Of a stretch of 34,934 nt of DNA, positions 25,942 through 34,934 are shown piece by piece (the first letter of the stretch is position 1; the number at the start of each line of letters is the position of its first letter). The position numbers and the translations under genes are program-made. The DNA is from an uncultured Papillibacter sp. (GTDB lineage: Bacteria > Bacillota > Clostridia > Oscillospirales > Oscillospiraceae): contig CAYMLM010000001.1 of assembly GCA_964391385.1 (NCBI GenBank), positions 1 through 34,934 on the forward strand, written 5' to 3'. Below the pieces are notes generated by a model, which saw only the letters and a list, made by a program, of their open reading frames with translations, ran no database searches and had not been told where the DNA came from.

Positions 25942-28900
25942 TTAAAACAGCGTCATCTGGCTCGTCTCGGGCAGGTCCCCGAGCGCGCCGAGGCTTTTCA
26001 TCTGCTCGATATGCGTCTTCGACACCTTCGGGCAGCTGCGCGAGAATTCCTCGATTGAGACGAACGTCTGGCCCTCGCGGTTTGCAACGATGTCGCGCGC
26101 CGCCGTCTCGCCGAGGCCGCTGATGGCCACGAACGGCGGACGGAGCCGTCCATCCTCCGTGACATTGAATTTGACGGCGTCGGACTTGTAAAGGTCGATC
26201 TCCGCGAACTCGAAGCCGCGTTTGTAAAACTCGTAGCACGCCTCGCAGGTCGTCAGCAGGTCCTCCTCCTTGGCCTTGGCGTCGGCAAGCTTCTTCAGCT
26301 CCCGGAGCTTCGCCGTGACGACGTCGAGCCCTCGGGTCATGAACTGCGCGTCGAAGCTGTCCTTCTGGCTGCGCCGGTAAAAGTAGGCGCTGTAAAACGC
26401 GAGCGGCCTGTGGACCTTGAACCACGCGATGCGAAACGCCATCATCACGTAGGCCACGGCATGCGCTTTCGGAAAGAGGTATTTGATTTTTTTGCAGGAG
26501 ATTATGTACCACTCGGGGACGCCGGCCGCCGCCATTTTTTCCTCGCAGCCCTCCGGCAGCCCGCGCCCCTTCCGGACGCTCTCCATGATCTTGAACGCGA
26601 GCTTTTCGTCGAGGCCCTTCGAGATCAGATACAGCATGATGTCGTCGCGGCAGCCGATCGTCTGCCCGATCGTCGCCGTGCCGCTCAGGATGATGTCCTT
26701 GGCGTTTCCGAGCCACACGTCCGTGCCGTGCGAGAACCCGGACAGCCGGACGAGCGTGTCGAAGGTCTCCGGCTGCGTGTCGCACAGCATCTGCCGCGTA
26801 AAGCCCGTGCCGAACTCCGGGATGCCGATGGAGCCCGTTTCCCCGATGACCTCGTCGCCGCGGGGAAGGCCGAGCGGCTCCGGGGACTTGAAAATGGCCA
26901 TCGTCTCCGGGTCGTCGAGCGGGATCCGGCGGGCGTCGACGCCCGTTAAATCCTCGAGCATCTTGATCATAGTCGGGTCGTCGTGTCCGAGCTCGTCGAG
27001 CTTCAGGAGGTTGTCCTCCATGCAGTGGTAGTCGAAATGCGTCGTGACGATGGCGGTGTCCCGGTCGTCCGCCGGATGCTGCGCCGGGCAGAAGTCCGTG
27101 ATCTCCATGTCCTGCGGGATGACGACGAGCCCGCCCGGATGCTGGCCCGTCGTACGCTTGACGCCGACGCAGCCCCTCGCAAGCCTGTTTTCCTCCGCGC
27201 GCGAGACGACCCTGCCCCGCTCCTCCAGATATTTTTTGACATAGCCGTACGCCGTCTTCTCGGCGATCGTGCCGATGGTGCCGGCCCGGAAGACATGGTC
27301 TGGCCCGAACAGGTCGTTCGTATACCTGTGCGCGCTGGCCTGATATTCCCCGGAAAAGTTCAGGTCGATATCGGGCACCTTGTCTCCGCCGAAGCCCAGA
27401 AACGTCTCGAACGGGATGTCGAAGCCCTCCTTCATGTAGGCCGCGCCGCACGCCGGGCACGTTTTGTCGGGCATGTCCGCGCCGCAGCCGCAGCCCCGAC
27501 CGGACTCGAAATCGGTCTGCCCGCATGCCTCGCAGCGGTAATGCGCCGGCAGCGCGTTGACCTCGGTGATGCCCGCGAGGTAGGCCACGAGCGACGAGCC
27601 GACGCTGCCGCGCGAGCCGACGAGGTAGCCGTGGGCCAGCGAGTCGGCCACGAGCCTCTGCGCGCTCATATAGATGACGTCGTAGCCGCGGCCCAGGATG
27701 TCGCCGAGCTCCGTTTCGACGCGCGCGCGGATGAGCTCGGGCGGGCATTCCCCGTACAGCTCGCGCATCCGGTCGTAAACGAGCTTTTTCAGGTCGTCGG
27801 CGCTGTTTTCGATTTTCGGCGCGTACAGCGTCTTGGCGGGCGGCAGCGGCCGGACCGTCCCGCACATGTCCGCGATCCGGCGCGTGTTCGTCACGACGAC
27901 CTCGTACGCCGTTTCCTCCCCGAGATACGCAAACTCCTCGAGCATCTCCTCCGTCGTCCGGAAGTACAGCGGCAGCTCCCGGTCGGCGTCCTCGAATTCC
28001 TTCGAAGCCAGCAGGACCCGCCGGAAGACCTCCTCCTCGGGGTCGATGAAATGGGCGTCGCACGTGGCGACGACCGGCTTGCCCGTCTCGCTTCCGAGCT
28101 CGACGATCCGGCGGTTGAACGCCTTCAACTCCTCCGGGTTTTTCGCCTTCGGGCGGTCGCCGTAAAGCAGAAACGTATTGTTGCAGACGGGCTGGATCTC
28201 GAGATAATCATAAAACTCCGCCAGCCGGCGCTGCTCCAAGCGGCTGTAGCCGTCCGTCACTGCCGAAAAAATCTCGCCGGACTCACAGGCCGAGCCGATG
28301 AGAAGGCCCTCCCGGTGGCTCATCAAAAGACTTTTCGGGATGATCGGATGGCGGCTAAAATGCTCCAGGTGGCTTTTCGTGATCAGCTTGTACAGATTTT
28401 TGATGCCGGCCTGCGTCGCGGTCAGCAGGATGATGTGTTTGGGCCTGAACCGCCCTTTGAGCCCGGCGCGCAGGCTGCCGACAAACGCGTTGATCTCCGA
28501 AATGTCCCCGAGCCCGTTTTCCCGAAGCTTTTCAAACAGCTTCGTGAGAACAAGGCCGGCCGTCACGGCGTCGTCCGAGGCTCTGTGGTGCTTGAATTCG
28601 GGCAGGCCGAAGAAGTCGGCCAGATTGTTGAGCCTGTGGCTTTTCAATGACGGCACAAGCGCGCGCGCAGCCGCCAGCGTGTCTATATACCGGGGCTCGA
28701 AACCGATCCCGTGGCGGAGGCAGGCCTCATAGATGAAGCCGATGTCGAAGCTGGCGTTGTGCGCGGCCAGCATACGTCCTCCGGCAAAGTCCAGAAACGC
28801 GCGCACGGCCTCTTCCTGCGTCGGCGCGCCCCTCACGTCCGCGTCGGAAATCCCGGTCAGCTGCGTGATGGCGGTCGGGATGTGCATGCCGGGGTCGGCA

Positions 28901-29922
28901 AACGTCTGGAACCGGGCGGCTTCCCTGCCGTCCTTCATGACGACGGCGCCGATCTCGGTAATGGCGTCCCGCATCGACGACAGGCCCGTCGTCTCGATGT
29001 CGAAAACGACAACCTCCCCGTCGAAGCCGCCCGCGCAGTCCCCGAAGACGGCCAGCCGGTCGTCCACGTCGTTTATGTAATAGCCCTCCATGCCGTAGAT
29101 GACCTTGATCTTGTCCCCGGCGGCCTTCATGGCGTCCGGGAACGCCTGCGCCACGCCGTGATCCGTTATGGCGACGGCGGGATGGCCCCAGTCGATGGCC
29201 CGCCGGACAACGTCCGACACGTCGGCGACGGCGTCCATGGCGGACATTTTCGTGTGCAGGTGCAGCTCGACACGTTTTACGTCGGCCGTGTCCCGACGCG
29301 TCTCCCGTTCGGCCAGGACGATGTTGGCCGGCTCGAGCGTCAGCTCGCCGTCGTAGCGGTTTATTCCGAGTTTTCCGGACACGGTCAGGTACATGCCCTT
29401 TTTGATCCGCGCGGCGATGGCCCCGGCGTTTGCGTCGGTCATGAACTTCGAAACGCGCAGCGAGTTCGTGAAATCCGTCATGTCGAAGCTCAGCACCCAG
29501 GCGTTTCGCTTTGAGATCTCTCTCGTCTGGACGTCGAACACCTCGCCTCGGACGGCGGCGCTGCCCAGCTCGAGCGTCACCTTGTCCATCGGCGTGATGC
29601 CCGCTTTGATATCCCTGCCGAGCAGGACCGTCTTTTCCGCTTTCTTTTTTTCAGTTTTTCCTCCGGCGGCCCCGCTTTTCGAATAGACGGGCGCGACGGC
29701 GACGGACGCAAATCCGAATTCCGCCCGGATGCCGTCCTCGACCGCCGCAATATCAACAGGAGCGACGGGCTCGGGCAAAAGAAGCGTGACTTTCATCGCC
29801 CTTTTTACCTTTTCGACCGTCGCTTTGACAATATATGATTTTCGCAGTATTTCTGACAGCGCGCCCATTTGGGCGCAGCAGGAAAACATATCGTAAAACG
29901 GTACGTGATCGTGCTCGTTCAA
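25942..29922 (-). CDS. polC: DNA polymerase III alpha subunit, PolC type
   Basis: OB fold, PHP domain (ELHLHTKMS, AITDHG), embedded exonuclease (VFDIETTGL, AHNASFD, HHRASDDA), GSRGSVG, Zn finger CEAC..CPAC, PDIDLNFSG and YLFPKAHA, ending in clamp-motif-like QMTLF. TTG start with a GAAAGGGAG RBS. Confidence 0.97.
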   Translation of the reverse strand: MNEHDHVPFYDMFSCCAQMGALSEILRKSYIVKATVEKVKRAMKVTLLLPEPVAPVDIAAVEDGIRAEFGFASVAVAPVYSKSGAAGGKTEKKKAEKTVLLGRDIKAGITPMDKVTLELGSAAVRGEVFDVQTREISKRNAWVLSFDMTDFTNSLRVSKFMTDANAGAIAARIKKGMYLTVSGKLGINRYDGELTLEPANIVLAERETRRDTADVKRVELHLHTKMSAMDAVADVSDVVRRAIDWGHPAVAITDHGVAQAFPDAMKAAGDKIKVIYGMEGYYINDVDDRLAVFGDCAGGFDGEVVVFDIETTGLSSMRDAITEIGAVVMKDGREAARFQTFADPGMHIPTAITQLTGISDADVRGAPTQEEAVRAFLDFAGGRMLAAHNASFDIGFIYEACLRHGIGFEPRYIDTLAAARALVPSLKSHRLNNLADFFGLPEFKHHRASDDAVTAGLVLTKLFEKLRENGLGDISEINAFVGSLRAGLKGRFRPKHIILLTATQAGIKNLYKLITKSHLEHFSRHPIIPKSLLMSHREGLLIGSACESGEIFSAVTDGYSRLEQRRLAEFYDYLEIQPVCNNTFLLYGDRPKAKNPEELKAFNRRIVELGSETGKPVVATCDAHFIDPEEEVFRRVLLASKEFEDADRELPLYFRTTEEMLEEFAYLGEETAYEVVVTNTRRIADMCGTVRPLPPAKTLYAPKIENSADDLKKLVYDRMRELYGECPPELIRARVETELGDILGRGYDVIYMSAQRLVADSLAHGYLVGSRGSVGSSLVAYLAGITEVNALPAHYRCEACGQTDFESGRGCGCGADMPDKTCPACGAAYMKEGFDIPFETFLGFGGDKVPDIDLNFSGEYQASAHRYTNDLFGPDHVFRAGTIGTIAEKTAYGYVKKYLEERGRVVSRAEENRLARGCVGVKRTTGQHPGGLVVIPQDMEITDFCPAQHPADDRDTAIVTTHFDYHCMEDNLLKLDELGHDDPTMIKMLEDLTGVDARRIPLDDPETMAIFKSPEPLGLPRGDEVIGETGSIGIPEFGTGFTRQMLCDTQPETFDTLVRLSGFSHGTDVWLGNAKDIILSGTATIGQTIGCRDDIMLYLISKGLDEKLAFKIMESVRKGRGLPEGCEEKMAAAGVPEWYIISCKKIKYLFPKAHAVAYVMMAFRIAWFKVHRPLAFYSAYFYRRSQKDSFDAQFMTRGLDVVTAKLRELKKLADAKAKEEDLLTTCEACYEFYKRGFEFAEIDLYKSDAVKFNVTEDGRLRPPFVAISGLGETAARDIVANREGQTFVSIEEFSRSCPKVSKTHIEQMKSLGALGDLPETSQMTLF

Positions 29923-29956
29923 CGGATAACTCCCTTTCGATTTTCGCGTTGCGTTT

Positions 29957-30997
29957 TCAGTTTTTGTCGATCAGTTTAAACAGCTCGTCGACGAGCCTGT
30001 CCATCGGCGCTTTTCCGACGATTTCCCCTTTTCTGAAGAGCACGCCCTCGCCGTCGCCGCCGGCGATGCCGAAGTCGGCGCGCCGCGCCTCGCCCGGCCC
30101 GTTGACCGCGCAGCCCATGACCGCCACGGTCATGTCGCGCCCGATGCCCTCCAGCCGTTTTTCGACCTCGCCGGCGATGCCGATCAGGTCGATCCGGCAG
30201 CGCCCGCACGTGGGGCACGAGATCAGCTCCGGCCCCGCGCGGCGCAGCCCCAAAGCCCGCAGGATGGCCAGGCCCGCCTTGACCTCCCGCTCCGGCGGGG
30301 CGGTCAGCGAGACGCGGAGCGTGTCCCCGATCCCTTCGGCCAGGAGCGTGCCGATGCCGACGGCGGATTTGACGACGCCCATATACTCCGTGCCGGCCTC
30401 CGTGACGCCCAGGTGCAGGGGATAATCTGTCTCGCGGGCCAGGAGCCTGTACGAGTCGATCGTGAGCGCCGTGTCGGAGGATTTGACCGAAATGCAGATG
30501 TCGTCGAAATCAAAGCGGTTCAACTGGCGCACGTGGCGCAGCGCGCTCTCAAGGAGCGCCTCCGGCGTCACGCCGCCGTATTTGGCCAGTATGTCCTTCT
30601 CCAGGCTTCCGCCGTTGACGCCGATGCGGATGGGTATGCTCTTTCTCCGGCAGGCCTCCGTGACGGCGCGCACGTTCGTGTCGCCGCCGATATTGCCCGG
30701 ATTGATCCGGATCTTGTCGGCGCCCGCCTCGGCGGCCGTAACGGCCAGCTTATAGTCGAAGTGAATGTCCGCGATGAGCGGAACGGGGACGCGGCTTTTG
30801 AGCTGTCCGACGGCGCGCGCCGCCGCCATGTCCGGCACGGCCACGCGCACGAGCTCGCAGCCCGCGTCCGCGAGCCGCCGGATCTGCGATGCGGTCCCGG
30901 CAACATCCCGCGTGTCCGTGGTCGTCATGGACTGCACGCTCACCGGCGCGCCGCCGCCGATACTCACGCAGCCGACGCGGATGCGCTTTCTAGCCAT
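29957..30997 (-). CDS. ispG: (E)-4-hydroxy-3-methylbut-2-enyl-diphosphate synthase
   Basis: VQSMTTT, ADIHFDY, RINPGNIG, RIGVNGGSL, HLGVTEAG, ISCPTCGR and VMGCAVNGPGE. Confidence 0.97.
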   Translation of the reverse strand: MARKRIRVGCVSIGGGAPVSVQSMTTTDTRDVAGTASQIRRLADAGCELVRVAVPDMAAARAVGQLKSRVPVPLIADIHFDYKLAVTAAEAGADKIRINPGNIGGDTNVRAVTEACRRKSIPIRIGVNGGSLEKDILAKYGGVTPEALLESALRHVRQLNRFDFDDICISVKSSDTALTIDSYRLLARETDYPLHLGVTEAGTEYMGVVKSAVGIGTLLAEGIGDTLRVSLTAPPEREVKAGLAILRALGLRRAGPELISCPTCGRCRIDLIGIAGEVEKRLEGIGRDMTVAVMGCAVNGPGEARRADFGIAGGDGEGVLFRKGEIVGKAPMDRLVDELFKLIDKN

Positions 30998-32048
30998 GGA
31001 CGATTTTCACCACGTCGTTGACCATGATGACAAGCATCAGCCCGATGAGCAGGAAGAAGCCCGCCGCGTGGACGTACCCCTCGTATTTCGGGTTGATATG
31101 CCTCCGGCCGATTTTTTCCACTAGGAGCGTGACGATCATGAAGAAGATCCGCCCGCCGTCGAGCGCCGGGATGGGCAGCAGGTTCATGACCGCGAGGTTC
31201 ACGGCGATCAGCGCGCCCAGCCACGACATGTTGAATACGGCGGCCCGGAAGCTTTCCGACTGGCGGCCGATGTCGTTCATGACATTGACGATATAGACGG
31301 GGCCCGACACCTCGCCCCAGCCGACGCGCCCGGTGAATATCTCCGTCAGGCTCACGCGGATGAGCCGGACGAAATTCATCGTCGAGTAGGCCGCGTATTT
31401 GAGCCTTTCCCCGCCCGTCCCCTCGATCGTATTGAAGGTGATGCCGTATTTCAGCTCCGTCTGGCCGTCGTAGACATATTCGCGCTGCTCAAGCGGCAGG
31501 TTTTCAAGCGTCACCTTGCGGCCGTCCCTCTCGACGACGATATCGACGGGATGGTCGCCGTAGAGCATCATAAACGTGGAGAAATCCTCGGAATAATAGA
31601 CCTTTTCCCCTTCGATCGAGACGATCCTGTCGCCGGCCATGAGGCCGTCCCTGCCCTCGAGCGGGAAGCCGTCGGCCAGCTCCGCGACGGTCGGGCCGAC
31701 GAAGAAGTTAAACTGCGAGACCAGGATGAGCACCACGACCGCGCCGAACAGGAAATTCGCGAACGGTCCGGCCAGAAGGATGAGCAGGCGCTTCCACCTT
31801 GACTGCGCCGAAAAGGAACCGGCTGTGCCCGTCTCCTCGTCCTCGCCCTCCATCAGGCACGAGCCGCCGATGGGCAGGGCTCGCAGGGAATAAAGCGTGT
31901 GCTTGCCCTGCTTTTTCAGCAGCCTCGGCCCCATGCCGATCGAAAACTCGATGACGTTGACCCGAAAAGCCTTGGCCATCATAAAATGTCCGAGCTCATG
32001 TATGACGATGAGCAGGCTGAAAATGAGTATGGCTATCACAATATACAT
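30990..32048 (-). CDS. rseP: RIP/site-2 zinc metalloprotease (M50) with PDZ domain
   Basis: HELGH, FSIGMGP, LPIGG, AGPFAN and NLLPIPALDGG. ATG 32048 is better spaced from GAAAGGG than TTG 32057. Confidence 0.93.
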   Translation of the reverse strand: MYIVIAILIFSLLIVIHELGHFMMAKAFRVNVIEFSIGMGPRLLKKQGKHTLYSLRALPIGGSCLMEGEDEETGTAGSFSAQSRWKRLLILLAGPFANFLFGAVVVLILVSQFNFFVGPTVAELADGFPLEGRDGLMAGDRIVSIEGEKVYYSEDFSTFMMLYGDHPVDIVVERDGRKVTLENLPLEQREYVYDGQTELKYGITFNTIEGTGGERLKYAAYSTMNFVRLIRVSLTEIFTGRVGWGEVSGPVYIVNVMNDIGRQSESFRAAVFNMSWLGALIAVNLAVMNLLPIPALDGGRIFFMIVTLLVEKIGRRHINPKYEGYVHAAGFFLLIGLMLVIMVNDVVKIVHG

Positions 32049-32093
32049 CTGGTTCAACCCTTTCTGCGGGGTTATCAGGCGCCGAAGCGGCGC

Positions 32094-33236
32094 TTACCCA
32101 TTATACTCGAAGACGCACCGTCTGGCTTCCGCGTCCGCGGCGAGTATTTCCGCGACCGTCGGATTTTCATTGTTTTGTATCGTGTCCAGCGCGGCCGCCA
32201 CGCATTCGTATATCTGACTGAACGGGATCCTGCCCTCTAAAAACAAAGAGACAGCCGCCTCGTTGGCCGCGTTCATGACGGCGCAGGCCGTCCCGCGTAT
32301 CCGCGCCGTGTCCAGCGCGAGGGCCAGGCACCGGAACGTCTCATAGTCGGGCTTCTCAAACGTCAGCGCGCCGAGCCGCGTGAGGTCGAGCGGCGGCGTC
32401 AGGGACGCGCGCCTTTCGGGATACGTCAGCGCGTATTGGATCGGCAGGCGCATGTCCGGTACGGACAGCTGCGCGAGGACCGAGTTGTCCGCGAAGCGGA
32501 CCATGGAGTGCACGATGCTCTGCGGGTGGACGACGATCTCGATCTGGTCGGGCCGCGCGCCGTACAGGTGCATGGCCTCGATGAACTCGAGGCCCTTGTT
32601 CATGAGCGTTGCGGAATCGACCGTGATTTTGCGCCCCATGCGCCAGCTCGGGTGGCTGAGCGCGTCCTCTATCGTCACCTTCTGAAGTTCGTCCGCGGTC
32701 CTCCCGCGAAACGGGCCGCCGGACGCGGTCAGAAGAATTTTTTCATACGTTTTGCCGCTGCCTGAAAGGCACTGGAAAATGGCCGAGTGCTCGGAGTCGA
32801 CGGGCAGGATCTCCGCGCCGCGCTCTTCGGCCGCGCGCATGACGAGCTCCCCGGCGCACACGAGCGTCTCCTTGTTGGCCAGCGCGATGCGTTTGCCTTC
32901 TTGTATGGCGGCCAGCGTCGGCAGGAGCCCGACGGTCCCGACGACGGCCGTGACGACCGTGCCGGCGTCGCCGACGGTCGCGGCCTCGACGAGCCCGCCC
33001 ATGCCGGAGACGACCTTGACGCGCGTGTCCCTCACGCGCCCCGCCAGGTCGCGCGCCGCGCCCTCGTCGTAGACCGCGGCCACGGCCGGCCCGTATTTCC
33101 GGATCTGCCGCTCGAGCAGCCCGATATCGCTTTTGGCGCTCAGGGCGCGGACCTCGAGCCCGAGCGCGTCCGCGACCTCGAGCGTCTGCCGCCCGATCGA
33201 GCCGGTCGAGCCTAAAAGCGATACTTTTTGATTCAC
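32094..33236 (-). CDS. dxr: 1-deoxy-D-xylulose-5-phosphate reductoisomerase
   Basis: LGSTGSIG, LANKETLV, PVDSEH, TASGGPF, HPSWRMGRKITVDSATLMNKGLE and NAANE. Confidence 0.97.
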   Translation of the reverse strand: MNQKVSLLGSTGSIGRQTLEVADALGLEVRALSAKSDIGLLERQIRKYGPAVAAVYDEGAARDLAGRVRDTRVKVVSGMGGLVEAATVGDAGTVVTAVVGTVGLLPTLAAIQEGKRIALANKETLVCAGELVMRAAEERGAEILPVDSEHSAIFQCLSGSGKTYEKILLTASGGPFRGRTADELQKVTIEDALSHPSWRMGRKITVDSATLMNKGLEFIEAMHLYGARPDQIEIVVHPQSIVHSMVRFADNSVLAQLSVPDMRLPIQYALTYPERRASLTPPLDLTRLGALTFEKPDYETFRCLALALDTARIRGTACAVMNAANEAAVSLFLEGRIPFSQIYECVAAALDTIQNNENPTVAEILAADAEARRCVFEYNG

Positions 33237-33357
33237 GTCAAAACCTCTTGCGGCGTTCCGCCGCTCCCGTCATCTTAAACATATTCAGCGCGGATAAAAA
33301 ATACGCGTCATCTTCAGGCCGCCGAACGAGTCTGATGTGTGACGCCCAATATATCGT

Positions 33358-33387
33358 ATTATATCCGCGGGAATGTTAACAAATCAA
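33358..33387 (-). promoter_or_regulatory. Internal sigma-A-type promoter for dxr-rseP-ispG-polC
   Basis: The - strand reads TTGATT (33387-33382), 18-nt spacer, TATAAT (33363-33358). Confidence 0.7.
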
Positions 33388-33412
33388 GTACGGCCGGATT
33401 CCGAGGGTTACT

Positions 33413-34231
33413 TTAAAACGCCGGCAGCGCGGTTACGAGCATATGCACGACGGGCGCGGCGAAAAACATGCTGTCAAACCGGTCCAGCACGCCGCCGTGG
33501 CCGGGGAGCAGCCTCCCGTAGTCCTTGACGCCGAAGACCCTCTTGATGAGCGAAAACGCCAGATCGCCCAGCTCCGTTGCGATGCCGCCGAGAAAGCCGT
33601 ACAGGACGACGGCGGGAAAGCTCACAGCAAACCCGGCGGCACACTTCAGGACGACGCCGTAGACGGCCATCGAGGCGATCCCGATCAGGATGCCGCCGAC
33701 GCAGCCTTCGGCCGTTTTCTTCGGGCTGACTTTGGGGAAAGGGTGATGCTTCCCGAAAAAAACGCCGGTAAAATACGCGCCGGCGTCCGTGATAAAGGCG
33801 ATGATAAACGGCATCAGCACATAATACCTGCCGCCGTCAAGCTGTTTGAGTCCGACGACCGCCGACAGGAAAAGCGGCAGGACTGCGCCGCCGAAGATCG
33901 CGGCGGCGGCCAGCTTAAGCTTTATTTCCCTCCCGGTCCCGTACGTGAAGACGGCGTCGGCAACCACGACGGCGACCAGCAGAAAAAGATCCAGATTAAA
34001 GATTTGACCGGACAGGCCCGTCAGTACCGAAGCCGGTATGACGGCCGCCGACACGGCCGCGTAAACGTAGAGCCTTTTCGACGGGGGCGGCCCGACGGCC
34101 CGCAGCAGCTCCAGGGCCGCGGCGGCCGCGACGATTGACATGAAAACGGCGACGGCGATATCCGGCAGAAAAAAAAGCGTGACGAAGACCAGCGGGACGA
34201 ATAGGGCGGCGACAATTATTCTCGTCTTCAT
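33413..34231 (-). CDS. cdsA: Phosphatidate cytidylyltransferase
   Basis: Polytopic membrane protein with TDAGAYFTG, VSPKKTAEG and GDLAFSLIKR...KDYG.LLPGHGGVLDRFDS. Start MKTRII at 34231 overlaps the uppS stop (ATGA). Confidence 0.94.
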   Translation of the reverse strand: MKTRIIVAALFVPLVFVTLFFLPDIAVAVFMSIVAAAAALELLRAVGPPPSKRLYVYAAVSAAVIPASVLTGLSGQIFNLDLFLLVAVVVADAVFTYGTGREIKLKLAAAAIFGGAVLPLFLSAVVGLKQLDGGRYYVLMPFIIAFITDAGAYFTGVFFGKHHPFPKVSPKKTAEGCVGGILIGIASMAVYGVVLKCAAGFAVSFPAVVLYGFLGGIATELGDLAFSLIKRVFGVKDYGRLLPGHGGVLDRFDSMFFAAPVVHMLVTALPAF

Positions 34232-34934
34232 TTTTTTTGTCCCCTCACGCCCCCGTACCGCCGGTCCCGCGCCTGATAGGCCAGGATCGCGCGGTCGAGC
34301 TCCCTTTCGTCGAAATCCGGCCAGAGCGCGTCCGTAAAATACAGCTCCGAATAGGCCGACTGCCACAATAGAAAATTCGACAGCCGCATCTCCCCGCTCG
34401 GCCGGATGATGAGGTCGGGGTCGGGGATGCCGTCAAAGTACATGTAGCGCGAGAATTCTTCCTCCGTGACGGGGTCCTCCGCGCCGGGATGCGCGGCGGC
34501 GTACGCGCGCACGGCGCGCAAGATTTCGTCCCTGCCCCCGTAGTTGACGCACATGTTCACCTGCGCCCCGTCCTCACGCATCGAGACCTCTTCGGTTTCT
34601 GCGATCAGCTTTCGCAGCTTCGGCGACAGAACGCTCGTATCGCCGAAAAAAAACATCCGGACATGGTCGCGCTGGATCGTCTCGATCGCCTCGTGCAGGT
34701 ATTTCTCCAGAATGTCCATGATGGCGGAGACCTCTTCGGCCGGGCGCTTCCAGTTCTCCGTCGAAAAGGCGTAGACGGTGAGATACCGGATGCCGAGCTT
34801 CTTGCTGTAGTTGGCGATCCGGCGGAACGCTTCCGCTCCGGCCGCGTGGCCGACCGTGCGCGGCAGGCCGCGTTTCCTTGCCCAGCGCCCGTTGCCGTCC
34901 ATAATGATGGCGATATGCAGGGGAAGCCTGGCCG
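34228..34934 (-). CDS. uppS: Undecaprenyl/polyprenyl diphosphate synthase (5' end lies beyond the window)
   Basis: HIAIIMDGNGRWA, YAFSTENWKRP, NYGGR and PDLIIRPSGEMRLSNFLLWQ. The frame stays open to the window edge. Confidence 0.95.
   Translation of the reverse strand, partial: ARLPLHIAIIMDGNGRWARKRGLPRTVGHAAGAEAFRRIANYSKKLGIRYLTVYAFSTENWKRPAEEVSAIMDILEKYLHEAIETIQRDHVRMFFFGDTSVLSPKLRKLIAETEEVSMREDGAQVNMCVNYGGRDEILRAVRAYAAAHPGAEDPVTEEEFSRYMYFDGIPDPDLIIRPSGEMRLSNFLLWQSAYSELYFTDALWPDFDERELDRAILAYQARDRRYGGVRGQKK

Noticed and set aside
25763-28063. 766-aa same-strand alternative-frame ORF inside polC
   Set aside because: R/G/A/P-rich off-frame translation. PolC is complete in its own frame, so no frameshift is needed.

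Overview
GC-rich chromosomal backbone from a spore-forming anaerobic Bacillota (Clostridia; gene content suggests Oscillospiraceae, which is an inference). I find 25 CDSs (one truncated by the window edge) and one pseudogene fragment. I see no tRNA/rRNA, IS, prophage, intein or CRISPR array. Layout: nifJ/PFOR (-); then a long + strand run of GyrI-like, VOC, SAM-methyltransferase, dcd, comM/yifB, GNAT, thiI, cinA, recD2, comF, mreB-like, htpG, a pseudogene fragment, spoIIE, a small membrane-anchored protein, mtaD/dadD, ahcY and wecB; then a - strand block of uppS, cdsA, dxr, rseP, ispG, polC and a secreted copper-amine-oxidase-N-domain protein. Best candidate for an under-described system: the translationally coupled deaminase + AhcY pair. 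Its hydrolase has H-x-E-x-K rather than H-x-T-x-Q/E, which suggests methyl-cycle recycling through S-inosylhomocysteine. Other notable signals: a spoIIE promoter with the 21-bp Spo0A-type spacer, a sigma-F-like promoter in front of an uncharacterised small membrane protein next to spoIIE, a cinA-recD2-comF operon with comM nearby, and two attenuator-like structured non-coding regions (dxr leader, polC 3' region). All assignments come from reading motifs by eye; no database searches were run.
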